NCBI RefSeq assembly: GCF_036321535.1
Contig: NC_087449.1
Span: 41,540,001 to 41,604,000 of the forward strand
Reading direction: 5' to 3'
Source of the DNA: Camelus dromedarius
Taxonomy: Eukaryota
DNA: 64,000 nt
The position numbers were made by a program, and so were the translations under genes. The notes under the pieces were generated by a model, which searched no databases, had not been told where the DNA came from, and saw nothing but the letters and a program-made list of their open reading frames with translations. Shown in pieces: positions 25,060 to 37,222 of the stretch. Numbering within the stretch: position 1 is the stretch's first letter; each line of letters begins with the position of its first letter.

Positions 25060-26869
25060 AGGGAAGGCTCTGGAAGGCTGGAGGTCAGGGAGTGGGCAGG
25101 TGGCAGAGCTAGACCAGTTTCCGTCCTCAGACTCTCTCCCCTGCAAAGACTCTGAGCTGACAAGAGTTGGGTCCATCTCTGGGCTTTACTTCTTAATACC
25201 TAGGACCTTGAGAAAGTCGTTCCCACCCTCAGCCTCAGGTGCTTCACTCACTGAGTGGACTCCTCAGGCCTGTTAGGAGAATATGAGGAACACTTTTAAT
25301 GAACTATTACATGATTTTTCTTTCCCTTTCATAAAGAAAGCTCTTCTGCTACAAATTAACCCCATAAGGTTAGTATTGGTACCTAGCTACAGCAAAGGAA
25401 AGGCTCAGAGAGGTTAAGTTACTTGCCCAATATCACACAGTATAAATTTGGTCCATCAGACTCCAAAGTCTATGCTCTTTCTAGAGCACATACTACCTCA
25501 GGGCAGACTGATTTTTCCTTCTCTATAATGGACCTGTCTGCGACCAAAAGAGTTCTGTGGAAGAATAGTTCATAGAAAGCTGCCAGTGGCGAGGGGCCCT
25601 TCTGGGGTCCTGAACTTCTCCATCAGAAGCCTAATGTCTTGGGTAATAAAATCCTGGCTCTGCTGCAGACTGGATAACCTTGGACAAGGTCAAGGTCCAA
25701 GGCTTATACCAAGCCTCAGTCTCCCCTCCTTAAAAGGGGGAGAAGTTAATTAAGCATAGGACACAGAGCATCCTCTGCCCTTCTTTGCTTCTCTCCTATA
25801 CCTGTTCCATCCCAGGGACTAACACCCCCAGCTTAGAGAACCAGGGAACCCCCAAGATTAGCCCCTACAAACAAGGTAGAAGCTGCTGTGCCAAAGGGTG
25901 CCCCAACTTCTCAGAAGCATGGTCCCCATCTGGGGTTAGGGCTGCAGGACCCCAGCTGAGATGCCACCTTGATAACCTGGGTTTTTCCTGAGGATCTCCT
26001 GCAGGTCCTTGGAGCACACACTCCAGCAGGGGAGACTCCGCATCTGAAGGCACAAGACACCCAGGAGCAGGGTCTGGGCAGGCAGAAGCAGTGGCCTGGG
26101 GGCTGCCCTGGCCTGCTGTGGGCTCCTGCCTTGGTCCCTGGCATTTCCGGGTTCCCCTGGCCATTGGTTGGAGGCTCAGCCAGACTTGGAAGGAGCCCCC
26201 AGACCTGAGAAGCACAAATTAGAACTAAATTCCCTGGTCAGGCTATCAAATAAACTGCATTGGCTTCACATGAGCATGCAATCAGCCAGCTAAAATGCCA
26301 CACCCACAGCGCCCCTTCCCCAGCCTGCATGGAAGGTCCAGCAGGGGAAACATACTTCCATTAAAACGGATTCTGCACTTTGGAGAGAACGTGAAAGAGC
26401 CACATGCAGAGAGAACTGCCAAGATACACCACGGCCAAGCCTGAGGTAAGACTGCAAGTGCTGTGGAGAGAATTCCTGGCAAGCCTGGTACCTTATGTTT
26501 AACCAAGACATGCCGTGCACCTCAGAGAAGGGCAGCATTAGGGAATTAAATGTCTCCCTGGCAGCGGGGAACCTGCACTGCCTCCAGAGTGGTGCCCTTG
26601 ATCCTTGTTTGCATCCAGAAGCCGTTTAAGTTGCATAAAATGAAGGTCTCCCTGTCTGTGTATTTTCCTCCACTATAAAATTAATACTGGTTAATCAAAT
26701 ACATTTGAAAAATCCAACAACAAAGGGAAACCACACAGCCCTGTCTCCTCGGCACTTTCAGCCTTCTGGTGACTTCCTTTTGTCCCCGTGCTCTAGACCG
26801 CTCTCTGCTGTCTCCCGCTGCACAATTAAGGCTTCGTGAGACTTCCTTTCACCCTGAGTCCTCTTTCTG

Positions 26870-27030
26870 CCCAGAGGCTGCTCCCTGTTTCACAATCTTA
26901 AGGTTGCCTCCATCTCCTGCTATTCTAAACACAGCTGCTATGAATACCCGTGTGCCAGAAGCGTTTCCCGGATTCTGAAATATCCCCTCGGGACTGATGT
27001 TCAGAAGCGGGTGGCGGGTCAGACAGCAGA
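26870..27030 (-). mobile_element. Old L1M fragment (antisense)
   Basis: GTTGCCTCCATCTCCTGCTATTCTAAACACAGCTGCTATGAATACCCGTGT resembles the antisense L1 3' region. Confidence 0.55.
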
Positions 27031-30000
27031 AAAGTGTTGAAGGCACAAGAGCTCTCCTGGTGGAGGGGTGGCACATGTGTGTAGATGCACTAGACTGGCA
27101 GGGGTGTGAAGTGTGTGCCTGTGTGGATGTGTGAGTGACTGTGGGCATGCATGTAAGTGTGTGATTATAAAGCTACGTGCAGTTGGGAGCGTTCAGGGGT
27201 GTTGGGGTCTGACACCCCCTGGGCTGGGTGTGACAGGTGGGGGCAGCTGCCTCGGGGGGCGGGGTGTGAAGGTAGAGGTGGGTTTATGGAGGAGGGTGCT
27301 GGCCGGGCTGCTGTGCAGATGGAGGCGGTTCCTGTCTATGGGAGTGAGTGTCTTCCTGGAACCCCCAGGGGCCCACTTCCCAACAGTCCCCTTGGTTATA
27401 GCCATGCAGCCTCTGCCAGAAGCCAGAGACGGGCAGGCAGGGCTCTGCCCTCGCAGCAGCCCGGGCTCCCTCGCAAGGAGCCAGACTTGCCGTTAGCACA
27501 CAGCCTTGGCTGTTCCTGCCTCCAGACCCCTGCCCCACCATCTCACCAGAGCCCAGCAGGGCCCTGGGAGTGTGGTCCAGGGAGCTCTCCCCCGACCCCA
27601 TGGCCAGGGGCCACAGGGAGACCCCAGGGAAGGTCCGAGCAGGCAGACATGCCAGAAAGTGTGAAACCCCGGGGAAACATTCTGCTAGGTGGTGTTATTC
27701 ATGGGCTCCTCCTCCTGGCCTGGCAGCTACTGTACCTGAAACCTCGCAGCATCCTTCCAAGGTGGGTGTCATCATCACCCCGTTTTACAGAAGAGGAAGC
27801 TGCGTCCTGGAGAAGTGACAGAACCATTCTTCCCAGCTGATGCTGGCCCTCCATCCCCATCTGTGTGTGGGACACAGAGGCCCCCACGATGTCAGTTGTG
27901 GGCCAGCTTGTGAGTCGGTGTGCACCCCACCTCCACCATGTAAGGCTGGCGGCTCTGGCTGAACAAGACCCCAGACTCACGTCCCTCTCGGGGTGGAGCT
28001 GGCTGTGGCAAGCCAGGGCTCAGCACTTCTATTGCCATTTCAGATTCAGGGGAATGTTGGAAAACGAACCCAGCCATCCTCCAGAGCAGAGAGCTGGGGT
28101 GGCCCCAGAAGGGCCTGGGGTCCCTGCTGGGAGGTCCCAGCTTTGACCCTGTGAGGAGGGCCGCCTCTCGCCCCTTCCCAACCAGGAGAGCTGTGGGATG
28201 GGCTCCAGGACATGTGACGGGCCAGCAGGCCCCCGCCTGGCATGAGCAGGTGCCCCGTCAGGGCAGCCCCAGCCTGGCCGTCTCAGCCCTGAGAGGGAGG
28301 CCTGGGATCCCCGGCATTTTGGAGCTGCCGGGGGCCAGGGTGGGGGCCAAGGGCTGGCACCCGGCACAGCCCACAGCCAATTGCTCGTTAATCCACCCTC
28401 CGCAGCTGCTCCAAAATAACTTAATTAGCCTGAAAGAGCTGCTGGCAGCCTGCCAGGGAGGGGCCCTCAGAGCCTTCTGAGGAGCGGCCCCCCACACTGC
28501 AGGGAGGGACCCTGACGGGAGGACAAGAGCACCCCCACTCTGAGGAATGGGCCCTTTCCTCCTCAGAGGGACCCGACCCACCGTGGCTCTGCCAGGGCCA
28601 GCCAACTCACCCCATTGGACAGATGAGGAAACTGAGGCTCAGAGGGGGCCGGGACGGCCCAGTCTCAGGTGGGCTCTGCTCTGCAGGGGAGATGGGAGCT
28701 TTGAATGTGGGGTGATGCCAGCTGAGGACAGTGAGAGCTGAGCCCTCGGAAAAGCTGGTGGGGGTCTCCCAACAGGGAAAACTGAGGTGTCAGCAACTTC
28801 CCACCCAGCCAGAGGGGTCCCAGGTTGACTTTAGGAGGGACTTTAGAATGCAGGAAGGTGCTTGAGCCAAAGCTGGAAAGGGAAAGCAGGTGGCATGAGG
28901 CATAAAGGGAGGTGGGCACCTATCCACACCGAGAGGCTGGGACCATCGTGCCCAGCGCCAGGGACCCTTGTCTTCAGGAAGCTTGAGCTGAGCCAAGTCT
29001 CTGACAGGGTGATGTCTGGGATCCCCTCTCTCCTCACAGCCCCCAGGGACACTGGAGCCCAGGCCGGGAGACAATCCGGGGCTGGGGTGATCAGAGTGGG
29101 CTCAGGCTAAGGCAGACACAGCCATGACCCTGCAGACCCTCCCTGCCTCCTCTCCATCAGTGCCAGGCTGGGCACTGCCCCAGGCACGTGGTGGGGGCTG
29201 TGGGGGCGGTGGCCGTGTGTGCGTCAGCGCAGAGAGGGACACAGGACACCCAGTGAGCAGGAGCTCTGCCCCACATGTCAGGTCCAAGGTTGAGCTCACC
29301 CCTCCCCATCTGCTTCTCCCTCCCACCTCAGAGAATCAACCACCCAGGTCCCCAGGCCAGACGCCTGCTGTCTCCCGCCTGCTCACCCCCTAGGTACTGC
29401 CCAAGCCACCTCCCAAACTCTTGGAATCCATCTATCCCTCAAGCCCCTCATCCCATGCAATCGAAGTCACTACCACTGTCCCTCTGGATTGCTGCCAAGT
29501 CCTCGTCACCCGTTCCCTGCTCTGCACACCGCACACACATACACACATGCATATGCCCCCGTAAGCTGTCAAGGGGATCTTTCCAGAACTCAGGTCTGAC
29601 CAGGTCACCACAACCTAGCCTTCAAGGCCACAGGGACTTGCCCACTCACCTCACTGAGACCAGAGCAATGCAGTTTAAAACACAGGCTCCAGATCAGCCA
29701 GATCAGGGTCTGCATCCTGGGTGGGCCTTCTGGTGACTGTGTGACCTTGGACAAGTCACACCACCTCCCTGAGCTCTTTCCTCACCTGGGAAGCAAGGCT
29801 GCTACGTCCTTCATCACAAAGACTTAACGAAGTACCAGGGTGGGGCCGGGACAGGTACCTGCCTCGCAGCAGCCGCATCTCATGGCACTGGATGGCACTG
29901 GCTAGTTCCCAGCTGCCTCTCAACACCTGCCTTGGATGCCCTGGCCTTCCTGACCCTGCAGCTGGTCCTCCCTCTGGCTCCAACAGCCCCCTTAGCACCC

Positions 30001-31084
30001 TGCTTTCCACCTGTCTGTCCTCTGGCCTGACTCTACCTGTGAGCAGGATTAGGGCCTGGGACTGATTCAAATTATGTTTGATGAAAGAATGCATGAAGTA
30101 TGAATTCCTACAGAGGGACAGGGTCTCATGGAGAAGTGTACAACACACAGATGCACACACACACACTGAGACATCACCTTCTTTGCCGCTGGTGGCCCAC
30201 ACGGGCTGAAGGTCAGAAAGGAGGCCCTAGGTTGGTCCATCTTTACTCACACCCACCCCCTTGGCACAGCCCAACTCAGCTTGAGCCTAAAAAGAAAGCT
30301 CAGGCTTTCTTGAAGCTGAGGCTCCAAGGGGTGTGCATCCTGCCTCTATCACAGAGCATTTGAGCCTAAGACACGCAGCCTGCAGGGGGTGGCCCAGGAG
30401 GCCGAAGAAGCCCCCCCCCACCACCAGCAGGGCCGCCTTAAGCAGGGGGGTGGTGTTGTAGGCTGCCAGCTGGCGAGAGCCAGGGCCTCGCAGTGCCGCC
30501 AAACGCCCCCTTGCACCAGCCGTTAGTTTCCAGGGCCTGCCCACGAGCTGGCGGGCATGCTGGGCCCAGGCTGCCCTGGGGTGTCCTGCCAGCAAGAGGC
30601 AGTCTCTGAGAGGGTGGCCTGGGAGGGAAGGGAGGGGTGGAGAGGGGTAGGGCAAGGTGAGGCTGGAGGCCAGGGCCACCCTCAACTTGCAGTGTGGCCT
30701 GGGACAAGCTGCAGCACTTTCAGGGCCTCAGATGCCTCTTCCGCACAATCAAGGGGGGTCCCAGGGGTCCTTCCACGCAAACCATCCAGCAGCCAGCCAT
30801 GGGGATTCTGGACACCTGTGAGGGGTGGTGTGCGGAGGGCTGTGGCCACAAGAGGGCGCCCGAGCTTCACCCCGCAGGGTGCCAAGGCCTCAGACCTCCA
30901 GGTGGGGCTCTCCCCTGGGAGGGGGCCTGGGAACTGGAGCTGAACCTTGAGGGGTGGGGTGCAGATACCTGTGTCTATCCCCAGGCAAGGTCCGGTCCTC
31001 ACTTGAACTCTTTCTGATGGCAACACCACCTGCTTCAGTAAATGTTTGCTGAGGAAGCACATGAATACATTAATTGAATGAAGT

Positions 31085-31290
31085 ATTATTATTATTATTA
31101 TTTATTTTATAGATGAGGAGAGTGACTTAGAGTGGTTCAATGATTTGCCTAAGTCATGCCGCTAGTAGGCACCATTGCCTCTGACTTACAGATGGAGGAA
31201 GGAACGAGAGAGGTTATGAACTTGCCTGAGGCCACACAGCTTAGTTCCAGTGCTTTGGTCCCAGAATGCACACCTCCCTCACCATGCTAT
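31085..31290 (-). mobile_element. Two tandem MIR fragments with (TAT)n tail
   Basis: TTTTATAGATGAGGAGAGTGAC..GATTTGCCTAAGTCA and TTACAGATGGAGG..AACTTGCCTGAGGCCACACAGC. Confidence 0.75.
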
Positions 31291-31949
31291 GCCTCAGGAA
31301 ACAGTTTTTCCCTAAGAATCTTCTGACCACATCTCTCCCTCTCTCATTCGCCCAACACCTTTCCTCACCTGCTCAGTTGGGGCACAGGTGACTGAGCACC
31401 ACGCTGGGCCTCCCAGGCAGGAGGGCCTCTTAACCAGTCAAGGGTGTCTGCGGGGAGGAGGGAAATGCAGAGGAGAAGGAAGGAGGGGTGGGCATCCCAG
31501 GCAGGGAACCCACGCTGCAAAGGCCCTGTGTGTGTCGTGGGGTGGGGAGAAGGAGGCAGCCAGACCCACAGGCTCCAGGAGCCACGTCAGGGGGCTGGGC
31601 CTCTTCCTGAACAAATGGACCCTCAGGAGGATGATCTGCAGAGGAGAGAGTTAGAAGGACCTCAGAGAACCTGGGCTGGGCTCGCCTCCCTGCTGGACTC
31701 AGGTCAAGGCAGCCACCTCTCTCCACCAGCAGCCTCCAGGAGCGGGGCATGGAGGGGACCTGGGGGCCTGGGGATGCTCCTCCCCAACAGCGGGGCCCGT
31801 AGGGGCAGGAACGTGCCCGCAGGCTGGGTGAGTGGTCCCGAGAACTTTGGATCTGAAATTCTCCTTTGCTGAGGCTCACTGCATGCCGGCGAGCTGACCA
31901 TCGGCTCTTCCCCCACCCCAATGAGAAGACTCAGACTTCCCCAATCAAG

Positions 31950-32660
31950 TACCCCTGAGTGAATTTCCCAGGACCCTTTGCTGACCCAGCCACCCCTGCC
32001 TCTTGGTTCTGGGGTCCCTTATCCCCAACAACCCTCTCCTCCTCTGCACTCCCCCACCCAGCCCCACCTTGGACACTGTCCTCACCCAGAACTGCCCCCA
32101 GATATTTCCTCCCACCCAGGACTGGCCTCTGCCCATTGCCCTCCATCCTTCCCCCTCGGGCCGGCTGCCCTCTCCTGACCCCACTCTCTGGTGACCTTGT
32201 CTCGCCACCCTTTTCCTCCTTGTGGGTTCCCTCTCTGTCCAGCCTAGACCTCAAGGGGCCTTTCTGCATTCAGAGTCTTGGGCACCCTGGCCCTCAAAAA
32301 CCTCCCATCCCGATCTGCAAAGGCCCAGCTTGGGACCAAGCAGTGGCCCTCTTCCCAGGAACCCAGGGCTCCCCTCTCCCCTGCCTCGACTCTCTTCCCT
32401 ACTTCTTCCCCTCCATCAACAAACACCCCCACCTCTTGTTAATGACTTTTAAAACCCCTTCCTTAGCCCCATGCATGGCTCCAACTGGACCCCATTTTTC
32501 TACTCCCCTGCCTGGTGGCGTTTCTTCGAATGTAATCTATGTGCCCATCTCTGCCACCTCAGCCCACTGCTGTCCACACCATATTCCACCAAAACTCTTC
32601 TTACTGTCACTTGTAACAGATGCTGCATCTGGAGGATTCCGTTCTCATCGGCCTGGCCGG
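31950..32660 (+). mobile_element. Decayed L2 fragment
   Basis: Pyrimidine-rich L2-like motifs. This accounts for the 260-aa Pro/Ser-rich chance ORF at 31959-32741. Confidence 0.5.
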
Positions 32661-32709
32661 CCACCCTCCTCCCTGCACCCCTCTCAGCTCCACCGCCCCA
32701 CACTCCACA

Positions 32710-32723
32710 GCGCCCCCTGGCTG
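32710..32723 (-). promoter_or_regulatory. Candidate CTCF site
   Basis: The reverse complement CAGCCAGGGGGCGC is a close match to the CTCF core. Confidence 0.5.
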
Positions 32724-33999
32724 CTCCTCACTCCCTCATAGGTCCCTCTGCCCCCCTGTCCCCAGGGGACGGGGCTCTCTCCTAGCCCCACTGGTTCACC
32801 CCTCACCAAACTCACCATCACCAGTCTCCACACTGGGGTTCCAATTGCCTCCTCGATGTGGGTCAACCCCACCCACATAATTCACTTAATCCTGACACGG
32901 TAACCCCATGAGGAGGCACCATTTTGCAGATGGGGCACTGAGGCACAGAGAGGGTAATTGAGTTGTTCAGGATGAACAAACAGCTGCTAAGCCTCTGAGC
33001 CAAGCTCTCCCTCCTGAAGATCCCACAGGAACCTCAAACTCACCATGACCAGCATGGACTCCTGGGCTCTGCCCCGAATTTCTCACTTCCAACCAAGCTG
33101 GCCTTTGGACCAGACAGTTACCTAGAGGCTGGACCATAGGCAAATTTATATAGTGCCTGTGATGTACTTAGCACAGAGCTCAAGCACAGTGAGTGGCAGA
33201 CACAGGCCAGCTGCTCTGGTCGCCACGGCCCTCTCCGAACCTCGGCTGCCTCACCTATAAGACAGGTTTGTTGAGGAACTTCCAGACCTGGGGCCTGACC
33301 ATGCGGGGGAGGGCTGCAGCCCTGGCCACTCAGCACTCAGGCCCTTTTGCACTGAATCAGAGCAGCATCGATTTATACACTGCATGTCTGGCGCAAACAC
33401 ACAATTTTTCTTAAGCCAAAATAAAACTCCAAGAAGCTGTAAAAAGCCAGGAGCTGGGAGGATTCTCTGCTAGGTCACTCAGGGTGAGTTAGAACCTGCA
33501 GGTGTGACTCTCCCCAGCCACCCAGCGGCAACCTGGGCGGGTACACTTCGGAATGCTGATGAGGGCAGCTGCAGGGGGTGGGGGAAGCCTGCCGCGCCCT
33601 CCCTCCAGGCCCCGGGAGAGGGAAAGCCATGTGGGGTGAGGCAGGCTGGGCCTCGGCCTCTGGGCCTCGGCCTCCCGGGGCTGTGTGACCTGGGGCGAGC
33701 CCAGGCCCCACTCTGCGCTGTGGTTTCCTCCCATGGGGTTACTATGCGTTACTCTGAAGAGGGAAGTTCAGGGCCTGGGGTGGGGACTTCAAATGATGTG
33801 TGCAGCCATTTTTATTCCTTGGGCAGAGATGTAACAGTGGTTGCAGGGAAAATGGGGTTAAATTCACCAAGACTTGCTGTGAATGTAACCATCTCTATAA
33901 GGCAGGGTTTTGCCCCACCTCAGTGGAAGCAACCCACAAGTCCTTGCTTCGGGCAAGGTAGCACGTGGGAGGCTGGATTCCATCCCAGGCTCTGCCCTT

Positions 34000-34580
34000 T
34001 TACCAATCACTGCCACCCCTATGGAGGGTTCCCCATTCTACAGATGAGGAGACTGAGGCCTGACTCCAAAACCCAACATTTGAACTTGTATACACACATG
34101 TGACCCAGGCCCCAACCTCTCCTGCCTTCCTGTTTGGTGAGGTCACAACCCTGCCCATGACCCTGCCTCCCCGGTGCCCCAGTGCCGGGCAAAGAACACA
34201 GACCTTGGCGCCCCACAGCTCAGCTCTGTGTGTACAGCTGGGCAATCAGGAACAAGCAAGTACCCTCTCTGAGCCTGTTTCCCTATCATTTTATAAAATG
34301 AAGTTGATGACAGTAGCTGCCAAGGGTACTTAAGTAAGATAACCCATGTAAAACACACGTACAACGCCTACCTAAACACGGAGTAAGTGCTCAACCAACG
34401 TTAAACAGTTTAAAGATCCATTCATAAAACAGGATCTATGACTCCCACTTTGCAGATAAGGAAACAGAGACTCAGAGAGGTTTAGCAACTTGTCCAAGGT
34501 CACAGAGCTCAGGAGCTGTGCTGGCAGGGACAGGGTGTGAGGCGAGCAGGAGCTGGGGCTTGAACCAGTTTGGCTTGTCC
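34000..34580. mobile_element. MIR cluster
   Basis: CCCATTCTACAGATGAGGAGACTGAGG, CTCTCTGAGCCTGTTTCCCTATC, CCACTTTGCAGATAAGGAAACAGAGACTCAGAGAGGTTTAGCAACTTGTCCAAGGTCACA. Confidence 0.8.
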
Positions 34581-35419
34581 CCACTGGGGGATGAAAGAGG
34601 GGTCACCAAGTCAGAGCCACCAGGGCAGGGGAAAGAATTGGGAGGGGAGGGAAGAGAAGGAGGAGAGAAAAGGGGAGGGCACCAGGACAGAGGTGAGGCC
34701 AGATGCAAGCTGCTGCCTTGGGCACAGGGTCAGTAGGGGCAGTGCCCAGGCTGGCAGTGGACACCCTCGCCTTCACTCTGTTTGCTGGTGGCTGGTGAAC
34801 TTGACAGCTCAGCCTGCATTACTCACATCCTAATAAGGTCCTGAGGACAGGGGTTTGGGGGTGGCATGTCCACATGACAGCGCTCAGTAGAGCCTCCCAC
34901 CTCTGGGGCCAGAGCCCGGGTTCTGCCCCCTCCCCTGGTGGCTGCTGGGCGTGCCCCCCAGGGGCTCCATTCTGGGCTCTGCAGGGGCAGAAGGCAGGCC
35001 TGAGCCCCAAGCAGCCAACAGCCTGAGGTGGCCTCCAACCAACCCCAAGACTTGGGGCACCTGCAGGGTGGGTGGGGCCCATGGGTGGGGACATGGGTGG
35101 GGACAGCTGCCAGGCTCTTTGCACCACCCATTGGCCCTGCTCATCCCTCCCAAGGCCCCTGACAGCTGGGAATTCCTGCCGCATGACCGAGTCAGCCTCT
35201 TGGGGCTGGGAACCTGGCCCCGCAGCCCAGAAGTGGTTCTGGTTACAGCTCAGGCTGCAAGCTGGCTGTGAGGCCAAGGCAAATGACTTCCCCTCTCTGG
35301 GACTCGGCTTCTCCCAGTCCAAGGAGGGGTGAGCTGCAAGCTGAAAGAACAATTCCAACCCAGAGAATCTCAGGATCTGGAATCACAGAAGCCAAGTGTT
35401 GGAAAGAGCTCCCCGCTAT

Positions 35420-35560
35420 GATTTCCTAAACCTGGTCTGCAGCCTGACAAAGTCAGGGTCCCCTGGGGCACCTGTGAAAATGTAAATCTGGGGGTTCCCT
35501 TCCATCCCTGGCAGATCAGGGAACTGGGGCAACTGCAGATTTAGCAAGGGCCCTGGGTCC
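35420..35560. mobile_element. MER5-like DNA transposon fossil
   Basis: TTTCCTAAACCTGGTCTGCA..CCCCTGGGGCACCTGTGAAAATGTAAATCTGGG..GCAGATTTAGCAAG. Confidence 0.5.
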
Positions 35561-35829
35561 ACGCTCTCCTGCCACTGCTGTCTTCTGGGAGGCTGGGGAT
35601 GGGGGTTCTTCCAGGGACAGGATGCCCAGGGATCCTTGAGCCTCCCCAGATCTTTAAGTCTTCATTCCCTGGGTCTACTCAGACCCCCTGCACTCCCATC
35701 AGCAACTCCTCCATAGAATTCTCCACCAGCTTCTCTCCATCTCAGTCTTCTTCACCCAGGAGAGGCCTTCCAACCTCCCCTCCCACCCACGGTGGGAGCC
35801 CACTTCTTGTTTTCTCCTTCTCAAGTTTG

Positions 35830-36012
35830 CCTACAGTGGAGAGCACTCGTGTTAAGTGAACAGCTTGATACATACACCCTGTGTGTGCTCCGTGTAACTA
35901 CCACCCTGTGAAGCTCCAGAACATACCGCCCACCCCAAGGGCTCCCAGTCAAGCCCCTCACCCCCTGCATCTCCCCTGCCCCACTTTGCTGACCTCTAGC
36001 ACCACAGATCAG
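35830..36012 (-). mobile_element. Old L1M (ME/MC-type) 3' UTR fragment
   Basis: GTGTAACTACCACCC..CCAGAACAT..CCCCAAGGGCTCCC..CTGACCTCTAGCACCACAGAT is typical of antisense L1M 3' UTR. Confidence 0.55.
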
Positions 36013-36030
36013 AAGTGAGAGGATTCTTGC

Positions 36031-36119
36031 TTTTTTTTTTTAAATGAAGGTACTGGAGATTGAACCTAGGACCTCGTGCATACTAAGCACGTGCTCTACC
36101 ACTGAGCTGTACCCTCCCC
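36031..36119 (-). mobile_element. Camelid tRNA-derived SINE (Vic-1-like), short form
   Basis: The reverse complement is GGGGAGGGTACAGCTCAGTGGTAGAGCACGTGCTTAGTATGCACGAGGTCCTAGGTTCAATCTCCAGTACC plus poly(A), with pol III A and B boxes. Confidence 0.9.
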
Positions 36120-37187
36120 GCAAGAAGCCTCTTTCTAAGCTGAACTTTTGTGCTCATCAGGCTGGACTGAAAGCTCCCTGAGGACAGCAGCTAGGCTGTC
36201 CTATTCACTGGCAATGCCCGGCACAGAGCAGGTGCTTGGGAAAACCCATGGGAGCAATGACAAGATGGCTGGAGGTTGTGCCCCTGCTCCAGCTAAGGCC
36301 ATGATAAGGCCCAGGCTCCTGGGCCCATTATTGAGGTTTCCTTCACCATCTATCACCCCCTCGGTCCCCACCCTCCTTGGACCTGACCTGCAGGACACCC
36401 TAATGGGGAGGGCACACAGGCACCGACACCCTCACTGCCCCAGCCATGCCTGTATCAATATTCGGATACCTCCTTCCTGCTGGGTCCCTCCCCTACCCCC
36501 ATGCACTGGCTCCCAGAATTTTGGAATCACACGTGTGCAGGATTCCAGGATCTGCACTTTCTCTGTAGTGCCTCCAGCCCCTACCCACTGTGGCCTCACT
36601 CGTCCTGGAAGGCTGCGCTGTCTTCTGTCCCCAGCGACCTGAAGCCACCACACTGAGCCATTCACTGAAGCTCAGCTCTCCCTCATGCCCACATGCTCAC
36701 ACGTGTGACCTTGGGACAGGCACGCTCCCTCTCCAGCCTCTGTTTCCCCATCTGTAAAATGGCCCAGTCAGGCTGGGTGGATTCAGTAGGCTCTTTCGGC
36801 TCTGATATTTCCTGCAGATCACCGCCCACAGTCGGTATAAATAAATATTTGTTAGACAAATAAATAGCCCCAGAGGGTGAGTTCTCATGGATAGTGGAAT
36901 TGTAGGCACCTGCTGCAGGTGATTTAGAGGCAGAATTCTAAGTGTGGTGGTCGAATCTGGAGTCAGGATGCCTGGGTTGGAAACCCTGGGTCTGAAACCC
37001 TGGGGGTCAACTTTCTCATCTGTAAGATGGAGATCATAGTAGGGCAGGGTGAGGATAAAGTCAGATTGTGCATAGGAGCACTTAGCAAGTGCTCAGTAGA
37101 GCTCTTATTCAAACTACCAATCACCCACTGTCGCTTAGCAAGTCCTTGGTGTCCACATCAGCGACCTGTGGGTGGAGCCAAGTGTGG

Positions 37188-37222
37188 CCGCAGTGTCTAC
37201 CTGCTGCCACCAGAGGGCGCCA
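37188..37222 (+). promoter_or_regulatory. Candidate CTCF site with upstream motif
   Basis: GCCACCAGAGGGCGCCA (37206-37222) fits CCASYAGRKGGCRS exactly, with a GCAGTG upstream-type motif 12 bp 5' of the core. Confidence 0.7.

Noticed and set aside
33648-33675. 14-bp tandem GGGCCTCGGCCTC(T/C); similar 14-bp duplication near 36980
   Set aside because: Ordinary short slippage duplications in MIR-derived sequence.
36031-36119. tRNA gene
   Set aside because: A/B boxes are followed by poly(A) with no complete acceptor stem, and a second copy has a TSD. It is a SINE.
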